A program made the translations under genes and the position numbers. Shown here piece after piece: positions 61,440-64,000 of a stretch of 64,000 bases of DNA. The notes under the pieces were generated by a model that saw only the letters and a program-made list of their open reading frames with translations, was not told the origin of the DNA and made no database searches. The stretch is from Camelus ferus (taxonomy: Eukaryota): contig NC_045696.1 of assembly GCF_009834535.1 (NCBI RefSeq), forward strand, positions 4,652,001 through 4,716,000. The letters are read 5' to 3'. Each line of letters starts with the position of its first letter. Position 1 is the stretch's first letter.

Positions 61440-62664
61440 TTTGACTGGGATTTTTAAAAACAACTTTCCAATTCAGATTTTCTCTTTCACAGAAGAAGAA
61501 TACATTAAGTCCAGAAACTATGGTCTTGCATATTTACAGTGCTTGTGAATGTGATGGGAAAACAGACATCTAGAACATGTTATTTTGTAGATTGTTTTGG
61601 AGTAGATACTAAACAAAGTGGTAATCAACAGAAGCCTTCACTAAGAATAAGTTATGTCAGAGGGACCCTATTTCCTTTCTTTTTGATGAGTTAGTTAAAT
61701 TTTGTATTAGAATAATTTAATAGGTGCAATATTTTATTTCATACTTGTGAACAAAATGGAGAAATGTGGACTGAATAACAATAAAATTAGAGTGAATTAT
61801 ATACTGTTGAAAAGCATTACCCCTAAAATACTGATTTTTTAAATTCTGTCAATTTGGAGTGATGTTCTTAACCTATGATATTCACATTAAGTCATTCAGA
61901 ATTTATCAAGTGCTCTGTAGATTATATCTGACAGAGCACAAATATGCGGAAAAAAACTTGGGCAGAACAAACCCAGCTGTCCAGGATGGAGATTTATGGT
62001 CCTCCCTCATCCTGCCCCTTCCCAGTCTCAGATGGCAGGTAACAGCAGCACATGCGGTGAGGATGCAGCATCGTGGTACAGCCTTCCAGTCCAGCCCACC
62101 CCGCCCTGGGGCACCTTCTCCATCCCTCCTCCCACCTCTCCTCAGACCATACTGGGTGGAAGTTCCACAAGGGCAGAGACCATGGAGAGTTCAGGGTGGA
62201 CCTCATCAGGTAGCTTTTTAAAAATGCATCGATTCAATCTTCATTTAGATTTTATGAAAATAGAGCACACATGAGAGATGTCAAGAAGCCTATTGATTTT
62301 ATGTGCACTGACCAGCAATTTTCTTCTTATCAGAGATGTTTATTGAAACATAGGCTTTAATTTCTTAAGACAACACCATACTTTAATCAGTCCCACACAG
62401 CTCTCAATTCAGGTGCCGGAATGTGAGTGAAGAAAACGTCCTTGAGAAAGTAGATTACACTTCCCATTGCCTTTCACTTTTCACTTTAACCCAGGCAACC
62501 GCAAGGATGGAGGCCCTGATGGTGCGCGAAGCGCCCGGGGACCTTACTCCTGGACGCCCTTTCTCTGTCTGGGAATGGGTCTGCCATGCGAGCTTTGGTG
62601 GGAGGGGGGACACAGTAGAAGGTGAGTTAGCAGAGTCAGTTTCCAGGTGTGAGTGCAGCTACTA

Positions 62665-62865
62665 CTGTGGTCCTCAGCCAGGGGTGGTTTGCCCCCAGGA
62701 GTCCTGTGGCAATGTCAGTAGATACTTCTGATGATCACGATTGGGAGGGAGCTGGTGGCATCTAGTGTGAAGAGATCATGGATATTGCCATCTACGATGG
62801 ACAGAATGTCTCACAAAGAATTATCTGGCCCTGAATGTCTCCTGTGCCGAGGCTGAGAAATTCTG
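62665..62865 (+). mobile_element. MER20 hAT-Charlie element, near full length
   Basis: CTGTGGTCCTCAGCC..TTTGCCCCCAGG..TGGCAATGTC..TGGCATCTAGTG..ACAAAGAATTATCTGGCCC..TGCCGAGGCTGAGAAATTCTG. Confidence 0.9.
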
Positions 62866-63099
62866 CTCTGAGCTGCAATATATGGGAGTTGGTGAGGCCA
62901 GGAAATAGGAACTTTGGGTCCATTTTGATCACAGGCCTTTGGGTGTCCAGGGTAGTGATGGTCCAGTGTCTGATGCCGGTGTTAGTCAGGGCTGGGAGTG
63001 GGCTGGCTGTGGCCTCTGGTGTTCAGTGGTGCCAGCAGCCCCTGTCCACTCTGTGACTTTCTTTTGTCCTCAGCCTTGACTTCTATCTGGCCTTCTTTT

Positions 63100-63500
63100 T
63101 TGGTGTCCTATGGCCACCCTCAAGTTTAGTGACTCATAGCTTAGGACCTAGGGGCAGTTTATTCCAGTGAGAGACTATACAACAGAGTCACTAAAGGGAA
63201 AAGACACATCGGGCAGAGTCTGGATGAGAGCTGGCACTGGCTTGCAAAGTCCTCCCCATTAATTACACAGGACACGCTTATTCCTCCGGTCATGAACTGT
63301 GTGACACGTGCCAAGTTGCCCAGAGGGGGAAGCCCGCTTCAGTCTTGGAGTCAGCGCTTTTGGGGGGCTGCTCACATGGTCACATACCACCAGAAGAAAA
63401 GCTGGTGGCCACCGTGTATCATAATGTTGGTGCAGATGACCCAAACCCCTGGCGGTGAGGTCGGGACCTGGTTAATGGGCTTCTCTCAAGTTCTCTGGGG
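63100..63500 (-). mobile_element. ERVL LTR, MER77/MER68 group
   Basis: CCACCCTCAAGTTTAGTGACTC, AAAGGGAAAAGACACAT, ACACAGGACACGCTTATTCCTCC; homologous to the 4250-4662 element. Confidence 0.72.
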
Positions 63501-64000
63501 GTTACCAGTCAGTGTGGTGTGCTTTCCTCCTTGGGCAGGACCAATTTTGAGGGCTCAGAGAGACTTTTTCTTCATGTGCAGGAGAGGTAATATGTTCCCC
63601 AAATTTTGATTATGTCACACTTATTCCTTTTCTAATTATCCCTTATTTGTTCAATATAAGATCATAAATTCTGACAAACAATCAGCGAAAGGGCATCAAG
63701 TGATGCACTTCATTTTAATTGGCTTGCCTTTTTTTCTTCTCTGCTAAATTATAGCCCATCAGCAAGAGGTTCCCTGTGGTGAGCAGCTAATAATACGCCC
63801 AGGTGCAGTCAATTTTACTTCAAAAGTAAGAAATAATAGCTACAGATCCCCTGAATGTGAAGTGGAAAAGTGGGCCGTCATACCTCCTCTCAGCAGTACT
63901 GCATGCAGGGGCAAGTTCTACATCCAGATCGCCGTTCTAGCAATTTTCCTTTAAAAATGTGATTGCAATTAATTATACTGATGAATTTAAAACAGTAGCC

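Noticed and set aside
1..64000. CRISPR array, operon, prophage, defence system, NUMT or endogenous viral coding region
   Set aside because: The sequence is mammalian repeat-rich non-coding DNA; I saw no regularly spaced repeat-spacer array, no gene-dense ORFs and no mitochondrial or gag/pol/env-like translations
1..64000. Inferring a host gene and its strand from L1/LTR orientation bias
   Set aside because: L1 and MaLR copies occur in both orientations in similar numbers, so no strand or gene identity can be supported

Overview
Eukaryotic, mammalian non-coding DNA. It is most likely camelid (alpaca/llama/camel), judged from two short tRNA-Ala-derived SINEs of the camelid Vic-1 type and the 3'UTR style of the youngest LINE-1 copies; this is recall, not a database result. 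I recognise no cellular protein-coding gene, rRNA, bona fide tRNA, CRISPR array or prokaryotic feature. The only ORF with clear homology is a C-terminal LINE-1 ORF2p fragment (9889-10449). The long His/Thr/Tyr ORFs at 39.1-40.4 kb are artefacts of a ~950 bp TG-rich array. The window is a mosaic of lineage-specific truncated L1s (several with readable target-site duplications, TSDs, and one with a twin-priming 5' inversion), old MaLR/ERVL solo LTRs, hAT and Tigger DNA transposon relics, L2/MIR fragments and microsatellites. Repeat-free blocks between them look like conserved non-coding or enhancer elements, so this is probably a gene desert or a very large intron. I found no convincing novel biological system. 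The best leads are a CpG-retaining quasi-palindromic element at ~42.1 kb, the hierarchical TG array with a nearby candidate micro-exon, and a well-bounded candidate exon at 62495-62621. Repeat subfamily names come from memory of consensus sequences, and boundaries without TSD support are approximate.
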